A DNA stretch of 64,000 nucleotides from assembly GCA_030390025.1 (NCBI GenBank), contig CM059431.1, positions 151,654,001 to 151,718,000 of the forward strand. The letters are read 5' to 3'. Shown here in pieces: positions 11,630-24,399 of the stretch. A program made the position numbers and the translations under genes. Position 1 is the first letter of the stretch. Each line of letters starts with the position of its first letter. The notes under the pieces were generated by a model. The model was not told the DNA's origin. It ran no database searches and saw only the letters and a list, made by a program, of their open reading frames with translations. This DNA comes from Squalus acanthias. Its lineage: Eukaryota.

Positions 11630-14600
11630 ATGAATTGAGGAGCTGGAGTTCGTGGTGATGAAATTGTGACACATCAGGGAAGGAGAAAGTTACCTGGACC
11701 TTTTGCTTCAGGAGGCAGCCACACCCCGTAGATTACATACTTTAGAATTGACACGTGGTCAGGAACAGGCGGTTGTGACTGCGAGTGAGGCAAGTACGGG
11801 GATCCAGGATTTAGTATTGCAGGAGCCTCCGTACCAGCACTTGTCCAATAGATTCGAGTTTCTTGCAACCCTTGTGGACAAGTGCGGGGAATGCGGGGAC
11901 GACGTGCAAACTGATCACTGCACCGTGGTACAGGTAGACGTTCAAGTGTGGGGAGTAAAAAGGAATGTGGATATAGTAGGTGCCAGTATAGTTATTTGGA
12001 TAGACACTGTTCTCAGCAGCCAGGAGCGTGAATCCTGAAGGCTATGTTGCCTACGCGGTGCCAGGGTAAAGGACATCTCCTCCGGGCTGGAGAAGAACTT
12101 GTAGTGCGAGGGGGAGGATCCAGTTGTCGTGGTCCACATAGGTACCAACGACATACGTAGGACAAAGCATGAGGTTCTGCTGAGAGAGTTTGAGCAGCCA
12201 GGGACTAAATTAAAAAGCAGAAGCATAAAGGTCATAAGCTCTGAATTATTACTGGAGCCACGAGCAAATTGGCATAGCATCAACAGGATCAGGGAGATGT
12301 ATGCGTGTCTCAAAGATTGGTGTGGGAGAAGTGGGTTTCGATTCGTGGGACACTGGCACCAGTACTGGGAAAAGAGCTGTTCCGATGGGACAGACTACAC
12401 CTGAGCCATGCTGGGATCACAGTTCTAGCGAATCGAATCACTAGTGAGTTGATAGGACTTTCAAATAAATAAGGGGTGGGAAGAGGGTCCCGGTGGAGAA
12501 AAATCTAGAATGCTAACGAGAAAAGACAAGGAAGCAGTGCAGGAAAGTGATTGGGGTAAGGGTAATCAGATTGTCTCACGACGGGACAGAGCGTACAAAC
12601 AAAGGAGTGCACTAACTAATAGGTTCCGGGTAAGATAACATGTTAAGACAAATATGGCCACAGTACAAAAAAAGTTAAGTTGTCTAAAAATGTTTAAAAA
12701 AAACATTCTAACGGCACTGTATCTGAATGCACGAAACATTCGTAATAACGCAGACGAATTATCAACGTAGATGTATACAGATACGATATGATTGCGCTTA
12801 CAGAGACATGGCTGCAGGGTGACCAAACCTGGGAGCTGAACATTCAAGGATATTCGATATATAGGAAGGAAAGGCAAAAAGAAAAAGGAGGTGGGGTGGC
12901 GTTGTTAATAAAGAATCAAATCCGAGCAATAACGAGAAAGGATTTTGGCTCAGAAAATCAAAATGTAGAATCAGTCTGGTTGGAGCTTAGAATCACCAAG
13001 GGGCAGAAAACATTGGTGGGAATCTGCTATAGGCCTTCAAAGAGTAGTGCTAATGAAGGGGATGGCAACAAACAGGAAATTAGAGATGCAAGTAACAAGG
13101 TACTGCAATAATTATGGGTGACTTTAATCTACCTATAGACTGGCCAAACCAAATTAGCAATAATATTTTTAAGGATGAATTCCTGAAGTGTGTATGAGAT
13201 GCTTTTTTAGAGCAGTACGTTGAGGAGTCAACTAGGGAACAGGCTATCCTAGATTGGAAATTGTGCAATGAGAATATGTTAATTAATAATCCTGTTGAAA
13301 AGGATCCTTTAGGGAAGATTGACCATAACATGATAGCATTCTTCACTAAGATGGAAAATGAAAAATTCTATCCGAGACTAGGGTCCAAAATCTAAACAAA
13401 GGAAATTACGAAGTTATGTGGAGTGAGTTGTCTTTGATAGATTGTGAAGCTGCATTAAAAGGCACGACGGTGGATAGGCAATGGCTAACATTTGAGGAAG
13501 AATGCATGAATTGCAACAGTTAAACATTCCTTTCTGGTGCAAAAACACAAAAGGAAAAGCAGCCAAATTATGACTAACAAAATAAATGAAGGATAGTATT
13601 TGATCCAAAGAGGAGTCATATAAAGTTGCCAAAAAGTAGCAAGCCTGAGGATTGGGAGCAGTTTAGAGTTCAGCAAAAATGACCAAGAGATTGATTACGA
13701 GGGGCAAAATAAAGTATGAGAGTAAACTTTCAAGGAACTTAAACGCGGATTGTAGAAGCTTTTACAAGTATGTAAAAAGTAAAAGATTAGTGAAAACAAA
13801 TGTAAGTCCCTTACACTCAGAAATGGGTAAATTTATAAAGTGGAACAAGGACATGGCAGAGCAATTGAACAAATACTTTGCTTCTGACTTCGTGGAAGAG
13901 GACACAAATAACTTCCCAGAAATGCTAGGGAACCTAGGGTCTAGTGAGAAAGAGGATTTATAGGAAATTAGTATTCGTGAAATAATAGTGCTGCGGAAAT
14001 TATTTGGTCTGAAATCTGAAAACTGCACAGGGCCTGATGATTTACATCCCAGAGTACTAAAAGAGGTAGCCATGGAAATAGTGGAGGCATTGCTGTCATC
14101 TTCCAAAATTCTATAGAATATGGAACTGATCGCGCAGATTGGAGGGTGTTAAATATAACCCCACTAATTAAGAAAGCAATAAGAGAGAAAACAGGGAACA
14201 ACAGACTGGTTAGCCTAGCAACAGTAGTAGGGAGAATGCTAGAGTCTATTATAAAGGATGTGATAACTGGACACTTCGAAAATATCAACGCGATTAGACA
14301 AAGTCAACATGGATTTATGAAAGGGAAATCGTGTTTGACAAGCCAACTGGAGTTTTTTGAGGATGTAACTGGTAGACTAGGTAAGAGAGAACCAGTGGAT
14401 GTGGTGTATTTGGATTTTCAGAACGCCTTTGAAAAAGTCCCACACAAGAGTGAAGGGATAATTACTACTAGTCCTAGCCCCTTTAGGGCTACCCCGGAGC
14501 AGGCATATTTCTCAGATGTTCACTTTCAACTAAATTTTGAGGTAGCCGAATCCTAAAGACGATTAATTGGATCAAAAATTCCGGGCGATCTCTCCTTAAA

Positions 14601-16745
14601 GGAAAGGAACAACCCGAGAATGTTATTGTCCTCCAGATAGCACTTTTAATAAGTTTAGCTGGACTGTAACGTCCTTGATATTATGAGGGTCCGGGAAACT
14701 CCCTCAGAATTCTGCAACTTCTCACCAAAGAGTGTACAGAGATTGAGTTTGCGAGTTTTTAATACAGATGTCTTATCTGAGACAATTCTAAAAATATGTA
14801 GATTTATTAAAGAACCGACATGCAATTTACAGTTGGTGCGTCAATCAAGCGCAACATTAACCATTCTAAAAAGAGAAATCATACGATCTTTTTAATGGAG
14901 AATCATATTTTCAAATCTTAACTTCACTACAGTATTACAGTTCTTAAAGTCCTTTTAGAGGATATCCAGCAATATCAAATACTATTGATCGCTCAGTTAC
15001 AAAGATTTGGAGACTACAGAGCCGCCTCTGAATCTGAGAATTGCTTTGCCCGATTAAAGCGATTCTGTTATACCATTTGAGAGTTCAATACTTATACCCT
15101 TTTCCAGTGGTATTTCCTTTAAGGATTTCTGCTGTTGTAAGCTAATTATCACTGGTCATTTTTCTGCTGACCTCTGCAAGTCTTGCTGCCACATCCGCTG
15201 GCAGCATTACATAATCTTGTCTCATCTCTAGCTGTTCTAAGTTTAACATATAAAAATCGTGTGACGGCAGGTGTTTCCATACTTTATGTCATCTTTACGA
15301 GTGCAAATGTTCCTTGACTTATGTGCTTCTTTACGAAGTGTAAATTAGAAGACCTTATCCAGGGTGAAGATTTTTTCGTTCCCAAACGTTCAGCTTGTCA
15401 GAGCCCTTCACTTTCTGTTTCAATAAGGTGATTTATTGCAGTGTCAACACCAGTCTTATCTCAATAGCCAGAATGCTTTCATAGCTATTTCATAGTTCGG
15501 TTTCTAAATTTCCGAGCCCAGTATGTCATGTTTTAATAAGACCAGAATTCTTTCATAAGATAGTGTATTTTTCTGAATAGGTTTAATGGCTTAATCCTTC
15601 GCAAGAGGTTATTTTGCAAATTTAAAGCACATGGGATTGGGGTAATATACTGGCATGGATTGAAAATTGGTTAACAGACAGGATACAGAGCGTAGGAACA
15701 AATGGGTCTTTTTCGGGGAGGTTTGCAGGTGACTAGTGGGGTAGCAGAGAGATCAGTGCTTGGGCCCTAGCTATTCACAATATATATCAATGATTTGGAT
15801 GAGGGAACCTAATGTAATATTTCCAAGTTTGCTGACGATGCGAAACGAACTGGGATTGTGCATTGTGAGGAGGATGCAAAGAGGTTTCAAGGCGATTTAG
15901 ACAACTTGACTGAGTAGGCAAATACATGGCAGATGCAGTATAATTTGGATAAATGTGAAGTTATTCACTTCGCTGGGAAAAAAGAAAGGCAGAGCATTAT
16001 TTAAATGAAGATCGATTGTGAAATGTTGATATACAGAGGGACTTGGGTGTCCGAGTACATCAGTCATTGAAAGCAAAGCAGTTAGGAAGGCACATCGTAT
16101 GTTGGCCTTCATTGCAAGAGGATTTGAGCACAGGAGATAGGATGTCTTACGACAGTTATACAGTGCCTTTGTGAGACCACAGCTGGAGTACAGTGTGCAG
16201 TTTCGGTCTCCTTACCTAAGACAACATATACTTGCCATAGAGAAAGTGCAGCGAATGTTCACCAGTTTGATTCCTGGGATGGCAGGACTGACGTATGAGG
16301 AGAGATTGGGTCGACTAGGCGTGTATTCACTAGAGTTTAGAAGAATGAGAGGGGATCAAATTGAAACGTATAAAATTCTGACAAGGCTAGACAGACTGGA
16401 GGCAGGGGAGATGTTTCCACTGGCTGGGGGGCTCTAGAACGAGAGGGTCACAATCTCAGGATACTGGGTAGGTCTTTTCAGACTGAGATGAGGAGTAATA
16501 ACTTCACTCAGAGATTGGTGAAGCTGTCGAATTCTCCACCACAGAAGGCTGTGGAAGCCAAGTCATTGAATATATTTACGAAGGGGATAGACAGATTTCT
16601 AGACACTGACGGCATCGAGTAGTATGGGGAGAGAGCGGGAATATGGTATTGAGATAGCTAATCAGCCATGATCATCTTGAATGGCGGAGCAGGCTCGAAA
16701 GTCCGAATGGCCTACTCCTGCTCTTATTTTTCTATGTTTCTATGA
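11630..16745 (+). mobile_element. CR1 LINE (ORF1 SGNH-esterase remnant, ORF2 EN+RT), degenerate, interrupted by a solo LTR
   Basis: ORF1 LSNRFE...VHIGTNDI, EN IALTETW, RT QSQHGFMKGKSCLT/YLDFQ. 3' tail TTCTATGTTTCTATG. Confidence 0.85.
14451..15603 (-). mobile_element. Solo LTR (ERV/LTR-retroelement), 1153 bp
   Basis: TG...CA termini with short imperfect inverted ends and a perfect 4-bp TSD AGAG (14447-14450, 15604-15607). Removing it restores the CR1 KVPHKRL codons. Minus-strand AATAAA near 14805. No coding capacity. Confidence 0.75.
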
Positions 16746-17240
16746 TAGGACACGCTTGATCATTGATAATACACGCTGGATAATTGATCATTTCTGCTTC
16801 ATAATTGATAGGATACGCTTGATAATATATAGGACACGATTGATAATTGATTATACCCGACTGGTAATTGATAATACACGCTTGATAATTGTTGATACAC
16901 GATAGATAATTGATAATACACGCTTGATAATTAATACTTCATGCTTGATAATTGATTGGACATGCTGGATAATTGATAATACACGATTGATAATTGAAAA
17001 TACACGCTGGATAATTGATTGACATAATTGATAATTGATAATACACGCTTGATTGTTGATAATACACGCTTTGTAATTGATAATATACGCTTGATAATTG
17101 ATAATACCCGCTTGATAATTCGGTAGGACAGGTTTGATAATTGATAAGAGATGCAGTATAATTAATAATACAAGCTTAATAATTGAACGGACTTGCATGA
17201 TAATTGATAATACACGCTTGATAATTGATAGTACATGCAT
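16746..17240. repeat. 21-bp satellite (TTGATAATTGATAATACACGC)n
   Basis: Same unit as 7500-8062. Confidence 0.9.
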
Positions 17241-18166
17241 GAGGGAAGAATATAGCGAGGATTGTCCAGTTTTTGATGAATTCACACCCTCGGTCCAAAG
17301 ATAGAGCATTTTTTTTATTCGTTTATGTTATGTAGGCGTCGCTGGTAAGGCCAGCACTTATTGCACACCCTATTTGCCCTTGAAAAAGTGGTGGTGAGTC
17401 GCCTTCTTGAACCGCTGCAGTCCGTGTGTTGAAGGTACTCCCACAGTGCTATTAGGGAGGGAGTTCCAGTTATTTGACCCAGCAACGATGAAGCATCGAC
17501 GATATATTTCTAAGTCAGGATGGTGTGTGACTTGGAGGAGAACTAGGAGTTGGTGGATTTCCCATTGGCCTGCTGCCCTTGCCCTTCGTGATGGAAGAGA
17601 TCGCTGGATTGAGAGCTGCTGCAAAAGAAGCTTTGGCGAGTTGCTGCACTGCGTCTTTTAGATGGTACACACTGCAGCCATGGTACGCTGGTGGTGGATG
17701 GAGTGAATGTTTAAGATGGTGGATGGGGTGCCAATCAAGCGGGCTGATGAATCCAGCTTTTCGAGCTTCTTGATTGCTGTTGAGCTGCACTGATCCAAGG
17801 CAAGTGGAGAGTATACTATCACACAATTTACTTGTGCCTTGTAGATGGTGGAAAGGCATTGGGGAGTCAGGAGGTGAGACACTCGCCGGAGAATACCCAG
17901 CGTCTGACCTGCTCTTGTTGCCACAGTATTTATGTGGCTGGTCCAGTTAATTTTCTGGACAATGGTGAGCCCCAGGATGTTGATGGTGATGGTTTCGGCG
18001 GTGGTAATACCGTTGGATGTCAAGGGAAGGTGGTTAGACTCTCGTTCGTTGGAGATAGTCATTGCCTGGCACTTCTGTGGCACGAATGTTACCTGCCACT
18101 TATCAGCCCAAGCCTGATCGTCGCCCAGGTCTTGTTGTTTCGGAGATGGACTGCTTCATTATCTGA

Positions 18167-19055
18167 GGGAAATAAAAACAAAATACTGCGGATGATGGAA
18201 ATCTAAAATAAAAACAGAAAATGCTGGAAATACTCAGCAGGTAATACAGGCACCTGTGGAGTCCACTCCTCTATCACCCCCAACACCCCTTCCACTTCGC
18301 CCGGCACCTTCACTTGCAAGCGCAGGAGATGCAACACAAGCCCTTTACCTCCTCCCTTCCCACTGTGCAGGGGCCCAAATATTCCGTGCAAGTTAAACAG
18401 CGATGTACTTGTTATTCTTCAATTTATTGTACTCTATTCGCTGCTCACGATGCAGTCTCCTCTACATTTGGGAGACGGAACGCAAAATGGGTGACTGCTT
18501 TACGGAACACCTCCATTCAGTCAGTAAGAATGGCCCCGAACTTCCGGTCGCCTGTCACTTTAATTCTCCGCTCCACTCCCACTCTGACCTCTCCGTCTTC
18601 GGCCTCTTACACTGTTCCAATGAAGCGCAACGTAAGCTCGAGGAACAGCACCTAATCTTTGGATTAAGCACTTTAAAGCCTTCTGGACTCAACATCGAGT
18701 TCAACAATTTCAGTCCATAATCTCTGCCCCTATGATTTTTCCGATTTTTTTCTCTCTCTGACATGGCAGCTGTCGAACATTCAGCCATTGTCATTTGCAA
18801 TTCATCTGGAGACATCTTATGTTTCTTAACTTGTCCCATTACCATCTCCTTTTGCCTTGCACCATCATCCCTTGTGTCTCTTCATCTCTCCTGACTTCCA
18901 TCCTATCAAAGAACTTCCCTTTTGTTCTTTCCTCCCTTCCCCACTTTCCCAGTCACTACACTTGCTTAAAAGCCTGTTTAGCTCCAGCTTTTTCCAATTC
19001 TGACGAAGGTTCATCGACCTGAAACGTTAATTTTGTTTCTCCCTCCACATTTGCC
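18167..19055 (+). mobile_element. Penelope-like retroelement fragment (GIY-YIG endonuclease C-terminus plus terminal repeat)
   Basis: NLLYSIRCSRCSLLYIWET...FTEH...PVACHFNS...EEQHLIFGLSTLKPSGLN is a PLE GIY-YIG domain remnant, followed by a hammerhead-like motif. Confidence 0.85.
18996..19032 (+). ncRNA. Minimal type I hammerhead ribozyme motif of the Penelope-like element
   Basis: AATT-CTGACGA-AGGTT(CATC)GACCT-GAAA-CG-TT-AATT: catalytic core boxes, 5-bp stem II, 4-bp stem I, and palindromic AACGTT in place of stem III. Confidence 0.7.
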
Positions 19056-20485
19056 CTGAGGAACTGCTGCAGCGATGTCTTGCGGCTCTGATGATTGACC
19101 TTCAAAGTGCCGTTTGACAGCACTTTCGATGACAACTTCCATCACTTTGCTGATAATTGAGAGTGAACTGATGGGGTGGTAAATAGCCGGCTTGGATTTG
19201 TCCTGTTATTGTGGACAGGGCATACCTGGGCAGTTTTCTACATTGTCGGTTTTTTGCCAGTGTTACAGTTGTTCTGTAACAGCTTGGCTGGAGGCGTGGC
19301 TAGTTCTGGAGCACAAGTCTTCAGCACGATAGCCGGGATGGTATCGGGGTCCACAGCCTTTGTTTTATCCAGTGCGCTCAGCCATTTCTTGAAATCACGT
19401 GGAGTGAATCGAATTGGCAGAAGGACTGGCTTCTGCGATGGTGGGGACCTCAGGAGTAGACTGATAGGGATCATCCACGCGGCACTTCTGGCTGAAGATG
19501 TTTGCAAATCCTTCAACCTTGTCTTTTGCACTCGCTTGCTGGGCTCCACCATCATTGAGGATGGGGATATACATGGAGCTACCTCCTCCCGTCAGTTGTT
19601 TCATGATCCACCACCATTCACGACTGGATGTGGCTGGACTGCAGAGCTTTGATATGATCCATTGATTGTGGGATCTCTTAACACTGTCTGCAGCCTGCTG
19701 CTTTTGCCTTTGCGACAGGTAGATTGATGAGGGTGAGGTCAAGTTGATTTTTCCCTAGTGTTGATTTTCTCATCATCTGTCGCAGGCCCAGACTGGCAGC
19801 TATAGTCCTTCAGGACGCGGCCAGCTTGGTCAGCAGTGGTGCTACCGAGCCACTCTTGATGATGGACATTGAAGTCCCCCACCCAGAGTGCATTCTGTGC
19901 CTTTGCCACTCTCAGTGCTTCTTCCAAGTGATGTTCAATATGGAGAGTACTGATTCATCAGCTGAGGAAGGGCTGTCGGAGGTAATCAGCAGGAGGTTTC
20001 CTTGCTCATGCTTGTCCTGAATCCATGAGACTTCATGGGGTCCGGCGTCAATGTTGGGGAGTCCCAGGGCCAGTATTTCAAGCTGAGCTTCCCTGCTGTC
20101 TCTTCAAAACTTATTAATGTGTTTATTTTCTAATGGCACTGCTTTCAAGTGTAATTTATCGCTCTATTTTTGGATTTATCAGACATTAAACTGTTTTACA
20201 GCATTCTGATCATTCCTCTGCAACATGCAATCATTCCTTTACTACTTTTAGCTGCAGAAATTAAAGTATCTTGAAAGACATCAAAAACCTTGTTGTTATT
20301 CTGTGATAATGTAAAATCTTTCACCATTTTTTAGATTCAGAAATTAAAGTACATTATGTCGCTCATGACATATGTTAATCTATTAAACTTCAAAAACTAT
20401 TCAAGGAAAGCCATCCTTAAAATTTTCCACGAATAGTAAATACACAAATACTCTTCATGTGATCATAGAATCAAAGAAACCTTCG

Positions 20486-20625
20486 GAGTCAGAAGTGCTG
20501 AACCCCAATGCAGGATTTCAATCAGAAATATGGGCTGAGACTTCAGTGCAGGACTGAGAGAGTGCAGCATTGTTAGAGACAATGTGCGTTGAATGAAATG
20601 TTAAAAGCTTGACCAATCTGACCGC
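20486..20625 (+). mobile_element. Deu-domain SINE fragment (SacSINE1/AmnSINE1-like)
   Basis: GGCTGAGACTTCAGTGCAGGACTGAGAGAGTGCAGCATTGT...TGAAATGTTAAA resembles the Deu-domain core as recalled from memory. Confidence 0.6.
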
Positions 20626-20689
20626 TGACAGTGTCTGTGTGGGAGAAATGTGAGCCGTTGAAAGCTGTTGCACAGAATTGAATGCACGA

Positions 20690-20763
20690 ACACACATAAC
20701 TCAGTCGGAAAAGTATCAGACTTTTAACCTGATGGATACACGGTTCAAGTCCTTGTACAGGTG
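20690..20763 (+). pseudogene. tRNA-Lys(UUU) pseudogene
   Basis: CTCAGTCGG..TCAGACTTTTAACCTGA..GGTTCAAGTCC matches vertebrate tRNA-Lys(TTT). Acceptor stem is broken; TTTT follows. Confidence 0.7.
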
Positions 20764-20914
20764 TTGCTTTTGAACAGGGCCCCGTTCTATTAGGTCAGGA
20801 GACAATAGGGGTCGGTATTGATGGAGACACCAGAGCCTGCAACATTCACACCAAGATTACAGAAGAATTACAGATAACTACCATTATAAAACCATTCATT
20901 GTTTCAACACTAAA

Positions 20915-21465
20915 GTTATGATGAACATGTATAAAACACTGGGTCGTCCTCAACTGGAGTATTGTGTCCAATTTTGTACACCGCACTTTAAGAAGGATGT
21001 TAAAGCTTTGCGTAGGTTCAGGAAAGATTGACAAGTATGGTTCCAGTGATGAGCGACTTCAGTTAGGTGGATAGCCTGGAGAAGCTGGGGTTGTTCTCCT
21101 TACAGCAGAGAAGGTTGAGAGGAGATTTGATAGACGCGTTCAAAATCATGAGGGGTCTAGACAGAGTTGATAGAGAGAAACTGTTCACATCGGCAGAAGG
21201 GTCCAGAACCAGAGAGCACAGATTTAAGGTGATTGGCAGAAGAACCAAAGATGACAGGAGGAAAACGTTTTTTTTCACAGCTTTTGGTTAGGATCTGGAA
21301 TGCACTGCCTGAGAGAGTGGTGAAGCCAGATTGAATCGTGACTTTCAAAACGGAATTGAATAAGTACCTGAAGGAAAACAATTGTAGGGTTGTGGGGAAA
21401 GGGCGGGGGAGTGGGGCTTGCTGAAGTGCTGTTGCAAAGAGCCGGAACATGACTCCTTCTGTGCT
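20915..21465 (+). mobile_element. CR1 LINE 3' fragment
   Basis: [20 protein letters not shown] remnant. Confidence 0.8.
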
Positions 21466-22175
21466 TTAATGAGTCTGCGAACACGTATCCGCAGCATAAC
21501 AAAGACCGCCTATTTCCACCTCCTTAACTTTGCTCGTCTCCGCCCTTGCCTCAGCTCATCTGCTGCTAAACACACATGCATGCCTTTGTTACATTTAGAC
21601 TTTATTATTCAAACGCAATCCTGGCTGCCCTCCCAATTTCTAAACAACATAAAACTGAGGTCATTCAAAACTCTGCTGCCCGTGTCCTAACTCGCACCAA
21701 GTCCCGTTCCCCCATCACTCCTGTGCTCACTGACCGACACTGGCACCCGGTTAAGCAATGCCTCATTTACAAAATTCTCATAATTGTTTTCAAATCCCTC
21801 CTTGGCCTCGCCCCTTCCAATCTCTGTAATCTCGTTCAGCCCCACAACCCCCGCCCCCCAGAAAGCTGCTCTACACTAATTCTGCCCTCTTGAGCATCCC
21901 TGATTATAATCGCTCAACAATTGGTGGCCGTGCCTTCTGTTGCCTTGGCCGTAAACTCTGAAATTCCCTGTCTAAACCTCTCTGCCTCGCAACGCAGTTT
22001 CATCCTTTAAGTTGCTCCTTAAAACGTACATCTTTGACAAAGCTTTAGGTCACCTGCCCTAATTGCTCATCATGTGGCTGGGTATCAAATTCGTTGTCTT
22101 ATAATACTCCTGTGCAGCGCCTCAGGGCGACGTATTACGTTAAAGGCGCTATATAAATACAAGTTGTTGTTGTGG
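21466..22175 (+). mobile_element. L2 LINE 3' fragment
   Basis: TAYFHLLNFARLRPCLS...HAFVTFRLYYSNAILAALP...IQNSAARVLTRTK, with a CTATATAAATACAAGTTGTTG tail. Confidence 0.8.
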
Positions 22176-22289
22176 TTGTATCCATTCCATGATTCTATGT
22201 TAAAGGAAACTGTATCGGTTATTTAAGCTGGGGCATCTCATTCCAGTACCTGCAATGTAAGGCAGTTAACGCTGATGTCCACATGTTCT

Positions 22290-24390
22290 ACTTTGAGCAG
22301 TATGTTCTTGGCCCAACTCGGACGGGTGCATTGCTGGATCTGGTGCTGCGGGTTGAGGTGGGTCAGATCGACCAAGTGTCTGTTGGAGAACACTTCGATA
22401 CGTCTGATCATCGTATCATAAGATTTAGATTAGCAATGGAGTAGAGCAAGGAACAATCTAGTGTGGAACTCGTAAAGTGGAACAGGTCTAATTTCAATGG
22501 GATGCGAAAGGATCTGCCCAGGGTTAAATGGAACGAAAAACTTACAGCAACAAACTGTAACAGAACAATAGGTGATCTTTAAGGAGGAGATGTTCCAATT
22601 AGAGGCTAGGTAGATTCCAACAAGTGGAAAAGGTAAGGGAACCAAAGCAAGGGCTCCTTGCATGACGACGGAGATGGAGAAGAAGGTGAAACAAAAAAAT
22701 GCGTGTATGATTCATGTCAGGTGAATTCATCAAGGGAAAATCAGACCAAATACAACAAGTTGAGATGGGAAGTGAAGATGAAGTTAAGATTGGCAAAGAG
22801 AGAATATGAGAGCAGAATGGCGGTTAACATAAAAGGGATCTGAAAAATCTTCTACCGGCAGGTAAACAGTGAGCGGGTAGTAAGTGGCGGGGTGTGGCTT
22901 ATTAGGGCCAAGAAGGTGATAGTTGCCTAAAGGCGCAGGGCAAGGGTATTAATAGTCAATGAATACTTTGTATCGGTGTTTACTAAGGAGGTGGATGCTG
23001 AAAAATATTGGCAGATTTGCAAAAGGTAGAAGCAATGGAAGGTGTGAAAATTGATAGACAGGGGGTACCAGAAAGGCTGGTTATGCTTAGAGTGGATAAC
23101 TCGCCTGGTCCAGATGGATTGCCTCCCAGCTTGCTAAGGGAATTGTGGGAGGAGACAGTGGAAGAGCTTGCAATATTTTTCCATTCTCCCGTAGGTGCGG
23201 GGGTGGTACCTGATGTTTGGAAAGTGACAAATATGACACCATTGTTCAAGAAAGGGGGGAAGGATAATCCTATTAACTGCAGGCTGTTCAGTTTAACATC
23301 AGTGCTGGGTAAAGTTTTAGAAACAATAATCAAGCAAAAATGTAACGGGCACTTGGAAGGGTCTAAGCTAATTAAGCATTGCGGACATGGATCTGTAAAA
23401 GGCCGATCGTGTTTGACTCATCTCATTGAATTTTTTGATGAAGTAACAGGGAGGATTGATGAAGGGAATGCAATGCATTTTGTCTACATGGATGTTCGGA
23501 AGGCGTTTGACAAAGTACTGACCCCAGCACTAACCCTTGGGGACTCCACTGTCTACTATCCTCCATTCTGAAAAATAGCCATTTACCACAACTCGCTGTT
23601 TTCTACCCTTAAGCAAATTCTTGATCCAAGCTGCCACTGACCCAGCTTTTCCTGAGGCTGGGTAACAAAATTGATACTCATGGAAAAGGTGGGTCAGTGG
23701 CAGCTTGGATAAATAATTGGCTTAAGGGTAGAAAACAGCGAGTTGTGGTAAATGGCTATTTTTCAGATTTAAGAATAGTAGACAGTGGAGTTCCCCAAGG
23801 GTTAGTGCTTGGGTCAGTACTCTTTTGTTATATATAAGTGACTTGGATATTAAAATACAGCGCAGAATTTCTAAATTTGCCGATGACTCCAAACTTGGGG
23901 GTGTGGCAAACAGTGAGGAATATACCAATCGACTGCAGCAGCACATAGCTTTGCTTGCAGAATGGGCAGACACGTGGCAGATGGAATTTAATACAGAGAA
24001 GTGTGAGGTGATGCATTTTGGCAGCAGGATCATGGAGAAGCAATATATACTTAATGACACCGTTTTAAACAGTGTGCAGGGCGAGAGGGACATTGGAGTT
24101 AATGTGCCTATGTCCCTGAAGTTGGCAGGATATATTGAGAGAGTGGTTAGCAAAGCATATGGGATCTTGGGCTTCATAAATATAGGTATTGAGTACAAAA
24201 GTAGCGAATTAATGCTGAACCTTTATAAAGCGCTGGTGAGGCCACAATTGGAGTATTGCGCCCAGTTCTTGCCACCACAATTTAGAAAGGATATGAAGTC
24301 ACTTGTGAGGGTGTAGAGGAGATTTTTCGGAATGGTTCCGGGGATGGGGGATCTTAGCTACAAGGCAGGCTGGAGAAGCTGGATTTGTTT
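22290..24390 (+). mobile_element. CR1 LINE ORF2 fragment with an internal inverted duplication
   Basis: SPGPDG, VTNMTPLFKKG, KFADDSKL and EYCAQF remnants. Paralogous to 42945-44915. Confidence 0.85.
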
Positions 24391-24399
24391 TATCGAGTT

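Larger units (their letters stand above)
17306..20075 (-). mobile_element. L2-group LINE (same family as 3111-3918), deleted and interrupted by a Penelope element
   Basis: Minus-strand ORFs give EN (WVGDFNVHH) and RT (KAVDPDTIPAIVLKTCAPEL; QKCQAMTIS...ILGLTI) remnants. Poly-A end at ~17308. Confidence 0.8.
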
